NCBI GenBank assembly: GCA_030141605.1
Contig: JAQGDQ010001302.1
Location: 1-48,582, forward strand
Source of the DNA: Tubiluchus corallicola
Taxonomy: Eukaryota > Animalia > Priapulida
DNA length: 48,582 nt
Direction: 5' to 3'
The translations under genes were made by a program, and so were the position numbers. Shown piece by piece: positions 37,528 to 48,582 of the stretch (within the stretch, counting starts at the first letter, position 1; every line of letters starts with the position of its first letter). Under the pieces are notes generated by a model. The model saw nothing but the letters and a program-made list of their open reading frames with translations, did no database searches and had not been told where the DNA came from.

Positions 37528-40500
37528 ACAATCGAGATAGTTGCACTGAACTCCGTATTACACATTGGAACATTAATGCCGTGAAAAATAAACTGGAGAT
37601 CGACTTTGTTCGCCAAAGTTTATGTAAATCTGATATGATATTCTTAAATGAAATCAAAACTCCGTTGAAGTTCACAATGCCTGGGTATAAAACTCTCCGA
37701 ACTAATCAAGCAGCTGGTCACCGTGGTGGTTGTGCTATACTGATTTCAAATGTGCTAGCCTCTTCGATTCAATCGGTCGAATTTGGTTCCGATGTTATTG
37801 TGCTACGCCTCAATAATATACCTGGTATTGTTTTTGTATGTGTTTATCTCACGCCATCTGACTCTCATTACCACTCACTTGAATGCTTAGCAAAAATCAA
37901 CGAAGTTATGATGTCCAACCCTCATGATCAATTTGTGATACTTGGTGATTTGAATGCCCGTTACGGGCCTGCTATTAACAAATTTTTACGTAATGTTAGT
38001 GACAGTGGTGCACGATATCTTGCTTCCGAGGATTCGATTGGATCCCCGAATGAAAATGCCAAAGTTGTTTATAATTCTTTTAACTCTTTAATCGTTGTAA
38101 ATAACATTCAGTATAAAGGCAGAACATTTAAAAGTAATCTGACATATAGAAAACGTGAGAATTGGATTTCTGAATTAGACTATTGTCTTATTTCTCCTGC
38201 ACTAATCGATAGTGTTGTCAATTTCACTGTCAATCAACCTTCGAATCATGCCCCTCTGTCTGTGATTTTTGATATCAACATGTTATCTCGTGGAGCCTTA
38301 CCTCACAATCTTCTTATCAGATCCGAAGCCTTAGGTGCTCATGCAGCTGAAGTTAAAACTCCAAACCGCAAACATTGTAGCCGTCAGATCCGTATTGCTG
38401 AAACAGACTGTGTCGAATTTCAGAGAGTGATGTCTTCAGTTGAACCTCCTGATGATGTGGATGATGCAAATAGTTGTGTTACTGATATTAATAATGTTTT
38501 CCGTGATAAACTGATTAGATGTAAAGCTCCGAATCGTCTCATCAATCGTTATCAGCCGACGGATCGTTGGCGCCGTATGCTCGAGCTCAATGATTCTAAG
38601 GAAATATGGAATGCCATAGACTGGAAAGGAAACACGATTGAATCTGAATCCTTTGAATCTCCAACTAGCGAAGAATTCAAACGTCATTTCGAGGATCTTC
38701 TCAACCCAGATCGTGATGGTCCAGAGGACTTATTATCACTGTGCGATGGTCCAAGTATCCCTATCACAGATGATCCGATCGCTTTCGATGAGTTTGTTTC
38801 TGCTGCTTCCGAATGTAAATCAAGTAGTAGTGGTGGACCCTCTGGTATTCCTGGTGCTGTGTTCAATTTTATCCCAGATAATTGGATTAATTACCTGTGT
38901 TTTGTTCTGAATTTCATATTCTTTTCGCGATCTTTCCCGATTCCGTGGTGCTTTAGCCGCCTTGTTACTATTTTTAAGAGAGGATCTCGTAAGGACTGCG
39001 ATAATTACCGCGGTTTGTCAATCATGGATTCCCTTGCGAAAATATACGATCGAATTTTGTGCAAACGTTTAGAGATGTGGTTCAAACCCGATAGGGAGCA
39101 GGCTGGCGCCCAAAAGGGTAGATCCTGCATTGAGTGGATTGTGACTCTTAATGGACTATGCACTGTTTAAAAAGAAGAAATTATATATCGTTTTCGTAGA
39201 CTTCTCGAAAGCTTACGATAGAGTTCCACGTTCTGGTTTGATTAGGGCCTTGAGAGCTCTTGGCTGTGGTCTTGTGATGCTTTCTGCTCTTGCTGCCATG
39301 TATGTGAATACGCAGCTGGTCCTTGGTGCTGCCGTTATTGGTGTTACATTAGGTGTGAAGCAGGGTTCTCCGTCATCCTGTTTCCTCTTCACACTGTATA
39401 TTAACCCTCTTATTCGTGAATTAAAGTCTAGATGTGGTCTCGATGGTTTCCTAGGAAAGTTACACTGTTTGATGTTGATGGATGATACAATCTTATTGTC
39501 AACATCTAGAGAAGGTATTATTCAAAAACTCAGTATCCTTATTGAGTTCTGTGATCAATCCGGTATGAAGGTGAACTTAAAAAAGACTAAATTTATGGTT
39601 ATTAATGGCGATGCTGTTGATCGTCTGGACCTCGTAGTGAACCCCCTTACTGTTAATCACTGTGACTATTACGTTTACCTCGGTGCTGTCTTTGGCTCAA
39701 CAGGAAAATTTAAACCCGCTCTGGAAAAACACTGCGAAGACAAATATTGTCACGTACTGAAGTTCGTGTCATTTATTTCTAAGAATTCAGCTTATCCTTT
39801 TGCAGTTAAGAAGTTAGTTTTAAATGCCGCGCTACTTGCTGCAATTACTTACGGATGTGAGTCTTGGCTATGCAATGACCTTAATCCTATTCAAGGGATG
39901 TATATTAGTGTTATTAAATGTTTACTCGGTGTGCGACGTACAACTGCTAATGATTTGTGTCTCATAGAGTTGGGCCTTCCCTCCCTGAATGGTTTTGTGA
40001 AGGACACCCAATCTCGCTTTTTCAATAAGATTGTTCGCTCAAGAGTGAATATTCCTGATGATCCGTTTATGATTGTTTACAATCTGTGTCGCGAGTCAAA
40101 CACCCCATGTGCTCGATATTTGCGTAATATAACTGGATACCGTGGCGATTTTATCAATGATGACCTGAATAGAATCAAAGATAGGATCCGCGCTTCTGAC
40201 CGTACGAAATTTGTCACATACTTACAACTAAACCCTGAACTCTCTATCCATCGAATTTACTGTGACAATGTTAATGAACTGAAACGGATAAAAACGTCAA
40301 GGCTCAGACTTTCCTCACACAACCTTGCCATAGAAACCGGTCGTTGGTCCCGTATTGAAAGAGAGCGAAGACTCTGTTCATGTGGACAAATCCAAACAGA
40401 ACTGCACGTAATATGTGAATGCCCTGAAACACGTATCTTAAGAAACAATTCCGATTTAATATTTGATGATTTAGTGACTTTTTTCAGCGGAAATCCCGCT

Positions 40501-40548
40501 GATATTTGTAATTTTGTACACGATGCTCTAGCCATTTTTGGTCTCTAA
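37503..40548 (+). pseudogene. LINE ORF2p (APE, RT with MDD motif, C-terminal CCHC), one frameshift at about 39150
   Basis: WNINA, FLNE, GDLNAR, LDYCL, SNHAPL; NYRGLS, EQAGAQKGR, FVDFSKAYD, GVKQG, LMDDT, YLG; LRLSSHNLAIETGRW...CSC...H....C. Confidence 0.88.
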
Positions 40549-40888
40549 TTGTTACTACACCATACATTGAGTGATCTATGGACTATGATCAGCCTAAATT
40601 TCTTAAATGTTGCAACTATCTCGAAACGATTCTTATGACTTTTTGTATATATCTTTGACCATGGTCAATAAATAAATAATAATAATACACGAAAGAACGA
40701 GTATTTCAGATAGTTATAACTAGTACAAAACAAAACAAAATACACATAACATAGTATGCTATTTCTTGTGAGCTGAGCAGATCACTTGCGGGAAACTTAA
40801 AGCATATCCCACAAGTAAATCCAGTTTAAGAGCTTCAGAAAAGGAATTTTATGTCATCTAGAATGATTAACTGCTTAGCTTAATAGCA

Positions 40889-41346
40889 ATGAGCAGAAAA
40901 GTGTCAGTTTGCAATAAGAATCAGAGATATGCCATATTTGCGTGCTTTGCAATTTATGTGTTGCTCCATTGCGGAATTGTGCATTTGTGATCACCTAGGC
41001 TTACTGTTTGGAAGAAGTAAAATAAATTCTTTAAGTTGGAAATCGTTGTACTGACTTACGATAGGCCAACGTCATTGTCGAAGCTTCTAAATTCCCTTAA
41101 TTCAGACAGTCAGAATGAAGTTGGGCTAAAGATTTGTGTAGACAGAAGCTCATTATCAGCTATTGCGCTAAACATCATAAACTCATTTATGGTATATGGA
41201 TTTATGGTAGAAAGGAAGTTGTTGTCCACCCTGTACACTATGGATCATACTTGCAATGGTACGATTGCTGGACGACATCTGGGAAGGAATGGAGAATTCG
41301 GGCCGATTTTTGAAGATGATCTGGAAGCTTCCTCTCGCTATTATAG
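40889..41346 (+). pseudogene. Truncated, inactivated duplicate of the GT-A gene at 31211
   Basis: MSRKVSVCNKNQRY... matches MRRKASVCKKQQRF. TGA at 40988, a further TAA, deletions and frameshifts. It ends just after FEDDLEAS. Upstream homology starts at about 40740. Confidence 0.9.
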
Positions 41347-42102
41347 GTGACAGGCAAATCTTGATAATCAGGGGGCTTGTATTTCCATTCAGTTTACCGA
41401 AATAAGATATGAGCTCAACATGAAATCATAAAATGCTCATGCTTAACTCATAAGCATGAACTCAGGAAAATGATGTAAATTTGATGTCACTATGACAAGG
41501 GCTTAGTCCTCTAAGTGATTCATGCAATTTGGTTTGAAGTAATAAGAGAAATAGAATAATAAAGTTTACCTTAAAATAACAAAATAAACTGACACAAAGG
41601 AAAACTAACATGAACATTTACAGTTTTCAATTGACGTTCACAGTTTTTAATTAAACCGACCAACTATAATTAGGAAAGAAAATCCAGTTGATAACTAATA
41701 GAAAATTAATTAGGATATTGTTACACTATAGACTGTGTTATTTAATTGCTGTCTGTAGCTTGCTGAAGGAATTTTAGTAAAATTAACAAAAACAATAACA
41801 GCAGCAATAATGATGATGGTGGTGATAATAATGACGTAAACACAATTACAAGGTAAATGAAACATAGTAGATTTACGCAAATAGCTCAGAACGTGAAGCT
41901 CTTTGTAGTAACCAGTAAGGAGTTGAATCATAAAGGAAAAACTTACCAATGCCCACTGTCCTTATCTCATTAGAAAGAGAAGGACCAGTCTATGCGATTA
42001 CGTGAGTTGCCTTTACATACTACTACTAGGCTGAAGGGTTGCAAGTTGATTTGGGAGAACTTTTTTGGATGACTGTCGTCTAGCAAGCTTAATGCTGACA
42101 TA

Positions 42103-42446
42103 TTAGCTTTTTGCATCTTTTAGACTTAGCACTTCATATTTTACACCAAAGTAACCAAACACATTCAAATTTGACTTTGTGTTTTTGCTTACTGAACAAA
42201 AATCTTGTAGTTCAGGTTTGTGTGCATATTTTGACAAAACTTCTGTTATGAAAGCTTTCTTCAGTTGCCTGCTTACGTGTACTTGGTTATAACTATGATT
42301 CTTCTGTGGCACTTGAACGTGCATTAGAAACGCATTGTCAAGAATGTGAAAGTTGTAATCCTCCAGGCACATCTCAAATAGTTGCTGCATTTTGTTGAAT
42401 CCAAATCCTCGAAATCTTTCATCAAACATAGGTACATTGTTGTCAC
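42103..42446 (-). CDS. B4GAT1: Beta-1,4-glucuronyltransferase 1-like (GT49), coding exon 3 of 3
   Basis: AG acceptor at 42448-42447, phase 1; (C)DNNVPMFDERFRGFGFNKMQQLFEMCLEDYNFHILDNAFLMH is the GT49 C-terminal signature. Confidence 0.85.
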
Positions 42447-42577
42447 CTTCAAAAAGTTAAATATTGTCAAAATGTATATAAACATTTTGACAACATATTT
42501 GACAAATAAATATATATATATAAAATTTCAGGACACCATTGTCTATTTGTGTTTGCATTAAAACGCGTTACTGTAAG

Positions 42578-43530
42578 TGCCATTTTTCAGCCGTTTTTTT
42601 GCAAAATTTATACCTCTTATTTCTGGAAAACGGGAATGTGCCTGGCAAGTAGCCCGTTCAACGGTGAGTGTAATAGGCGTACTTAGAATTCGCAGGAGGA
42701 CAACAGCGCCCCGTAATGGGCATTTCCCCAGACACAAATACCTGATTTTTTTCGAAATTTTGGTCAAACAGGCAGCAGAAAAAACGTTCTAGGGGCACCT
42801 GGTGAGTGTCTCGACAAGAGGTAGCTTTTTAGAAAGAGGAGGAAGAGAGCTACATGATGATGTGGGCTACGTTTTAGGACACCTCAAACAAGTGGGGTGG
42901 CTACGAATTCATTTTTGGCAATTCACACATGGAAAACTGCTGACGCTAAGCCATTGTTCTGACGTCATCCATTATACTCTGCCTGTAACTTTAATTCAGT
43001 ACTAGCAAACGCCACGCAAAAAAAGTTTGCGTATAAATACACTTTTAATCAATAACACGCGAACATCTTACATAGTCCTCATTTATAACACAAAGCCAGT
43101 TGCAGCTTTAAAGAATTAAAGTTATAAGGTTATGAGGTGAATATAATGCATGACGTCAGAGCAATGGCTTTGCGTCAGCAGTTTTTCAAGCAAAAAATGT
43201 CCAAAACGGAACTGCCAATCAACTTACAAAATACAGCCCACACCATCGTGTAGCGCTGTCACTCCTCTTTCTAATGAACTATATATCTGCTTTCAAGAGT
43301 TCCACCAGGCGCATCTAGTCCGTTTTTTCTAGAGGCTGTTTGAACAAAATTCCGGGAGTTCTGTCCGGGAAAACGCCTGTTGCGATGCACAGTGACCCGC
43401 GAATTCTAAATATGACTACTGCACCCACTGTTGAATGGGTTATCTATCCATGGCGGGCACCACCCCAGTCCGTTCCCGTTCTCCAGAAATAAGAGGTATA
43501 AATTTTGAAAAAAATGGACAAAAATGACTA
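42578..43530. mobile_element. MITE/foldback element with about 120-bp imperfect inverted repeats, in a B4GAT1-like intron
   Basis: CAAAATTTATACCTCTTATTTCTGGAAAACGGGAA (from ~42602) is the near reverse complement of TTCCCGTTCTCCAGAAATAAGAGGTATAAATTTTG (from ~43473). The similarity extends to TTAGAATTCGC / GCGAATTCTAA. No TSD identified. Confidence 0.7.
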
Positions 43531-44849
43531 TTGTTGGAGGTTTTTCGACCCACGTTCATTCAGGTGGACCCGATTAGAAATATAGGCCCCCAGTGGCACC
43601 ACACATTTCGTTTGATGAATAAATCGCCACAAATGTTGCTGCTGTCGAAACCGTAGCCTAGAATCATATATATATATATATATATGTGTATATGTATAGA
43701 GAGAGAGTACAAATTATTATACAAATTAATTATATGGATTTATATGCAATTTTTTGCGGACCTTTGCTAGTCACATATTAATTCTGCTATTATCTGACTG
43801 TCGTAGTGTATGGAATTGAAACTTCCGAGGTTACAACTCCAGTTTCTACATGACCACAATTGAAAAAGTTTTTTTATTGTCCCCCGCTTCACTTGCATCA
43901 ATATCGCCCCAGGAAAACTCAATAATTCAAATGGATAACCATCCAGGGCTGCACACTGGTTTATAAAGTCGTAACTCACATCCGAAAAACCTCATTACGT
44001 GTCATCTAAACTGCAATAGACAAAGAAATAAACTCATTAAAGGACAAGAAAAGGGTTATCTCAAGTTGGTCTCAGATAAATCGTCTTAAAAACTATATTA
44101 CTTTATAGCAATTTTATGTATACATGTTTATGTATATATTTTTTTTGTTTTCATTTTAAAACTCCGGCAGTATTGTTCCGAAGACGCCCCATTACATGAC
44201 GTCAAAGCAATAACATAAATCAGGGGAAGAAAGTGAAATGTTAAATTATGTCTCAAAAAACTTTACATGCAAATGTCTATTATACAGCTTTTCGCTTACC
44301 TGCTGGAAAGACTTATTTGAAATATTTTCTTAGAATTAATTTGGTATGTTTGTGATATCAGAAGCCAAACTAGATGATGGTACTTTAAATAATTTTCTGA
44401 TTTTCAATAACTACAAAATCGGTTGCAGGAGTTGTGAAATGACTAACCTTTATAAGACTAAGGGATAATGAAACCAAAATGCCAGAGACAATTCCAGAGA
44501 CAATAATGTGAAATGAAAATGAATGACAGTTGCCTCACATATACCACCCTCATTGTCCCTAAGAACTATGACTAGATCTTGCTAAAGGTAGGTATTGTAG
44601 GCAAGCCATTGAAAATGTACGTGATATCTTTTGCTTAGAAATAATAAAAACCAAAACATGTTCAGAAATCAATGGCCATACGCTCAATGATATAAACATT
44701 ACAAACGAACAACACCTTTTTTATACAAATGCAAGTGTCAGCTATGTGACAGTTGGTGATTTTCTTTCTCTGATTTATACAATCTTTAGTTCCTGCCCTT
44801 TATGCTTTGACCAGATGCTTTGACAAGCGATGTATGTTTAACCCCATTA

Positions 44850-45072
44850 CCTATATCCATATACTTTTTATGATTGTGTATATTATTTTTAGACCAGTAT
44901 ATTGCCGTATAATGTCGCAGATGATCATGCATCTCCTCTGTGTTGCTATCACCAAACAACTTGATGGTTTAAGATCAGATACCAAATTCACCCAAAGAAA
45001 CTGTCTTCTCTGATTTTATATCTATTATTCGTGGTCAATATATAGCCAGAATCCGCCGTACCTGCTCTTCAA
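44850..45072 (+). mobile_element. Decayed Penelope-like RT fragment
   Basis: LDGLRSDTKFT (resembling LN..HP.IKFT) followed by SIIRGQYIARIRRTCSS (Penelope thumb-region motif). Confidence 0.5.
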
Positions 45073-46290
45073 GTTAAAGGTGGAGGAGATTGAGCAGATG
45101 AGCTGGAAAGATACTTGTTCACCTATCTTAAACATCAAAGTGTTGGTGTTTTTGGGCGACAGAGAAGTGACAAGGAAACTCCAAAAAACAGGTGAAGTGG
45201 GTAGCAGGGGAGTAAAGACGAGACCAAAAAAGGAAACTTTTTTGATCAAATATTACTACACAGGTCTACAAATTGGGAGGGTGAGAAAGTGATGTTTTAA
45301 TTAATTGGTGCCACTCCACTTTCCCTAAGTGGACCTTACGATCACATTTGCCAGACTGACCCTTCTTCGCAGTCTCACCTTTTGAGCATAGTTAACATTG
45401 AGTTATTTTAAGCTCCGATGCCCAGTGGTAAAACTGGCATATTCATTAGATGACCCATTTGCATTCATATTTCCACTCGTACGTTTTTCCACTTACACAT
45501 TGTGGCTCTACATTCTTACTAACAGAAGACGTTGTTTGAGCAGAAGTATATTGATCCTACTTTTCACACTGTACGTAATCGAATATTTTCTGCCGTAGAA
45601 TTATGGGAAGATCACGATGTGTGTGATCCAGAAGCCGTTTTATATCAAAAGCTTAACATTTCGCTTATCAATAGAGTTATGCATCTGCTAACTTTGCAAG
45701 AAGATTAAGTTCTCTAGTAATTGGGATGTCCTATAGTTGTCGGGTAGTTTTACACAGTCATGGGCATCGATGGAAAATGGGAATTAGAGGCAACCATGCA
45801 TTATTATTGTGGTCAGAATCTGAAGGGGAATTGTATGTTATCATATTAGACTGAGAGCAGCCATGTATGTGGAAACCATAAAATCAGAGAGAAGACTCGA
45901 CAGGGCGTCGCCAATGCTTAGAGGAGAAATTAGTTTGAGGTGAATTAGCTTTTCCAGGACCTTGTCACAGTGACAGAAATTAAACGAAAAAGAAATCAGG
46001 TTTAGCGTGAACAACTTGGTAAGAACAGGCCTTGGAGTTTGAACGAATGTTGAAAAATTTTGTTGCCTATTCACATGAAACATTATATCACCTCTTGGAC
46101 TGTTTTTCACCCTTCAACTTGCACTTGAACTTCACCCAATAATTAAGAAACAGATTATGAAAATGTTCAGTTTAAACATATCTATTACAGGCACTCTCAC
46201 CTAATCCCCACAAACAAATATTTTTATTTTGTTTTCTAGTTTGTGAACATAAATTAAGTTCCATCATACTAAAACTGTTAGCATACTTAC

Positions 46291-46417
46291 AGATGTATAC
46301 AGGTTCCCATCGTGGAGGTATCCATTTGCTGACAAAAAATGATTCTAATTGATTTGATGTCTCTATATTTTGCCAAAGTTCATAGTAAGGGATAGTATGG
46401 CAGCTTGAGCATGTTTC
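46291..46417 (-). CDS. B4GAT1: Beta-1,4-glucuronyltransferase 1-like (GT49), coding exon 2 of 3
   Basis: CAG acceptor at 46420-46418 (phase 0); ETCSSCHTIPYYELW...WEPVYI; GTAAGT donor at 46290 (phase 1). Confidence 0.85.
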
Positions 46418-47196
46418 CTGGAAAGAAAGCAATATCGTAAATAATTATTGATAATAAGAACAGTTTTCATGGTTATACTTTTGGTATAATCCTATCTTTG
46501 GTGCATAGTCACAATTTGCAGACATTCACCTTGTTTGGCAAATACTCAGACTTTTAGAAGAATTTTTAATAAAGACAAGAGAGTACAGAGACCTGAGCTT
46601 TCAGCTTATATTTAAAAAAATTGTAGTAATAGTAAAAATTACAAGCAAGAGCTTGGTATCAGAATAAGCTAACTTCTACCTTCATTGTTGAAAAAGTGCA
46701 TTTTCTGTCTTTAATGCCTGCCGTATTTTCTTATTTGCTTCACATTTGCATTGCATTTCACCTAAGGCAAGCGTTATGTCTTTGTGACACTGTTCCTACA
46801 TGTAGGTCAGAAATTTTGTACCTGAGCAAAATAAAATTTGAAATAATAGGAAACTTTATTAAACCTCTGCTTTGCCGTACATTCAGAACATTCTACTTTG
46901 TTCTAAACCAATTATTGCAGTGGTTAAAATTTCCTGTAGTGACAATCATTAAGTTGATCATGACACACTTTTGAAAATTAGACAAGGCTAAAAACATTAG
47001 TTTCTTAGTGTCAGATGCCTTTACAAAATCTTGTGTATATCAATTATCCAGTTTCATTTTTCTTAATTGCCAGTTTTACCCAGTTACTCAGTTACACTGT
47101 TTTTCGTAATAAATACTTTGGGGATTCTGTCTACTTTGTGAATGTTGTTGAAATCTACACGATTTATAATATTCCTGTTTGATTGTAAATAAATAC

Positions 47197-48228
47197 CTGA
47201 TGGAACAATTGTGCTTTGTACTTGCTGATCAATTTCAAAAGTTGTCGTTTTTCTTCTGGTAACTGTTGATCAACAGAAATTTCAAAAACTGGTAAAACAT
47301 ATGCAGATTTTGCTGTCTCTTTTCTTTTTCTCTTATTCGCCATCAGTATGAATTGTTCCATAAGATTCATCGATGGTTTTAGTTCAGCATCAAGTAGTAA
47401 GACGTATTTTGTATCAACAGCCAATCGAGCTGTGTTACGTCCCACGTTAATCGGATAAGGACCATATTCAGTTATGTCTGGTCCACTGGACAGAGGGAAC
47501 ACGAACTTTTTGTGCCTACCATAAAACGTTAGACCCTTAGTGTACGGAACGTCAGTTTCTGGAAAAAACAAAGAAATCGTCACTAGCTCCATAAATTTGG
47601 GAAAACACCTTCTCATATACAAAACAGAGTTTATTATAGAATCGAAGTTGTCACCCGGCGCATACAGTGCTGCTGAGATAGGTCCATTGTGCCTTTCTGT
47701 TAATTGTAGCAAGTGATGTATGTACTGCCAAGAGCATTGTGTAGCTATTGTCAATGCTTCATGAGGAAACTGCTTTGTGGCAGGTATGAACTTCAATACC
47801 TTTATAAATTTTACAGAGCGATTCACATAATGGTCATAAAACGTAGACACTATAGTACTTCCAAATTTTACTTTTGTAACATCCAGTTTTTCATTTGAGT
47901 TGTATTTGTTAAGAGGCGATGTTTCTATTGTCCTTATTTCGCCATTTCCCTCATATGTAGAAAGGCAAGAAAATTGCACTAGATCTTCTAAGGCTACAAT
48001 GTTAAACGAATTTTCATTGTCACTCCTCATTTGAATTACAAACTCATCAGACTTTCTAGCAATAGATCCACGATCGTGCAGATGCGTAAAAGCGCCAAAG
48101 TACGTAAAAGCGATAACAAGTAAAATGATCTTTACAAGTTTCCTACATGTATTTTTTATTTTCTTTACCGGAAATGCTTTGCAGCTGGTGAATATCATTA
48201 TGGTTATAGATAAAAAATCGCTATTCAT
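47197..48228 (-). CDS. B4GAT1: Beta-1,4-glucuronyltransferase 1-like (GT49), coding exon 1 of 3 (spliced protein about 500 aa)
   Basis: TM (IILLVIAFTYF); LTIATQ, GPISAALYAPG, YPINVGRNTAR, YVLLLDAEL and AYVLPVFEI motifs; GT donor at 47196 after LFHQ. The start codon choice is uncertain, and orthology to B4GAT1 is not tested. Confidence 0.85.
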
Positions 48229-48582
48229 ACCACTATAATATCTATTAGAATAGTGAGATCACGAAATTTGACCAGTAATGATCCACATTCATATTAAATC
48301 ACGCCATACTTGGAAAACACAATCTCAACATAAAAGTGTGCTGTGTGCAGCTTTCTTCGTTGCTTGTTGTTCTTCCACTAGCTAGCAAGTCTTTTGCAAA
48401 ACACAAAGAGTTGATTTAACACTAAAATGACGTCCTGATAGTTTATAACACTAAAATGACGCAAACTGAAGGCGAATCTAATGGTATAGGTTACAGTGCA
48501 AATCCTTAACATTTGACCCCACTGGGGCCAACGTAGGGGTCGGGGAGACAAAAGCCCTCTAGGGTCGACCAAAAGTAGCTTG

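Larger units (their letters stand above)
36398..40687 (+). mobile_element. Near full-length RTEX/Proto2-like non-LTR retrotransposon
   Basis: 5' UTR, ORF1, overlapping ORF2 (APE, RT, CCHC) and an (AATA)n(TAA)n tail at 40667-40687. The clade call is tentative. Confidence 0.85.

Noticed and set aside
12577-40535. Antisense and alternate-frame short ORFs overlapping the LINEs and genes
   Set aside because: These are shadows of real coding frames, with no independent motifs.
45860-46030. Minus-strand CR1-like RT fragment (DKVLEKLIH)
   Set aside because: A single short motif, too decayed to delimit.

Overview
AT-rich eukaryotic DNA, most likely from an invertebrate (spliceosomal GT-AG introns, LINEs, microsatellites); there are no prokaryotic features. 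The four intact-looking host genes all encode predicted type II membrane (Golgi-type) glycan-modifying proteins from different families: a 3-exon DUF1647 protein (+), a DUF268 methyltransferase-like protein (+), an intronless GT-A/EDD glycosyltransferase (+) and a 3-exon GT49 B4GAT1-like glucuronyltransferase (-). Decayed duplicates accompany them: a DUF1647 3' fragment, a GT-A 5' fragment and two carbohydrate-sulfotransferase-like relics. Mobile DNA fills much of the rest. It includes a near-intact CR1/L2-group LINE (PHD-APE-RT), a near-intact RTEX/Proto2-like LINE with an MDD motif and a candidate -1 frameshift ORF1/ORF2 junction, a decayed RTE LINE, and a decayed KRBA2/SCAND3-type (Ginger-like) integrase whose C-terminal coding sequence was amplified into a 93-bp tandem array abutting the second LINE. 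There is also a hAT MITE with perfect TIRs and an 8-bp TSD, plus smaller relics. All family calls are by motif recognition only; no searches were run.
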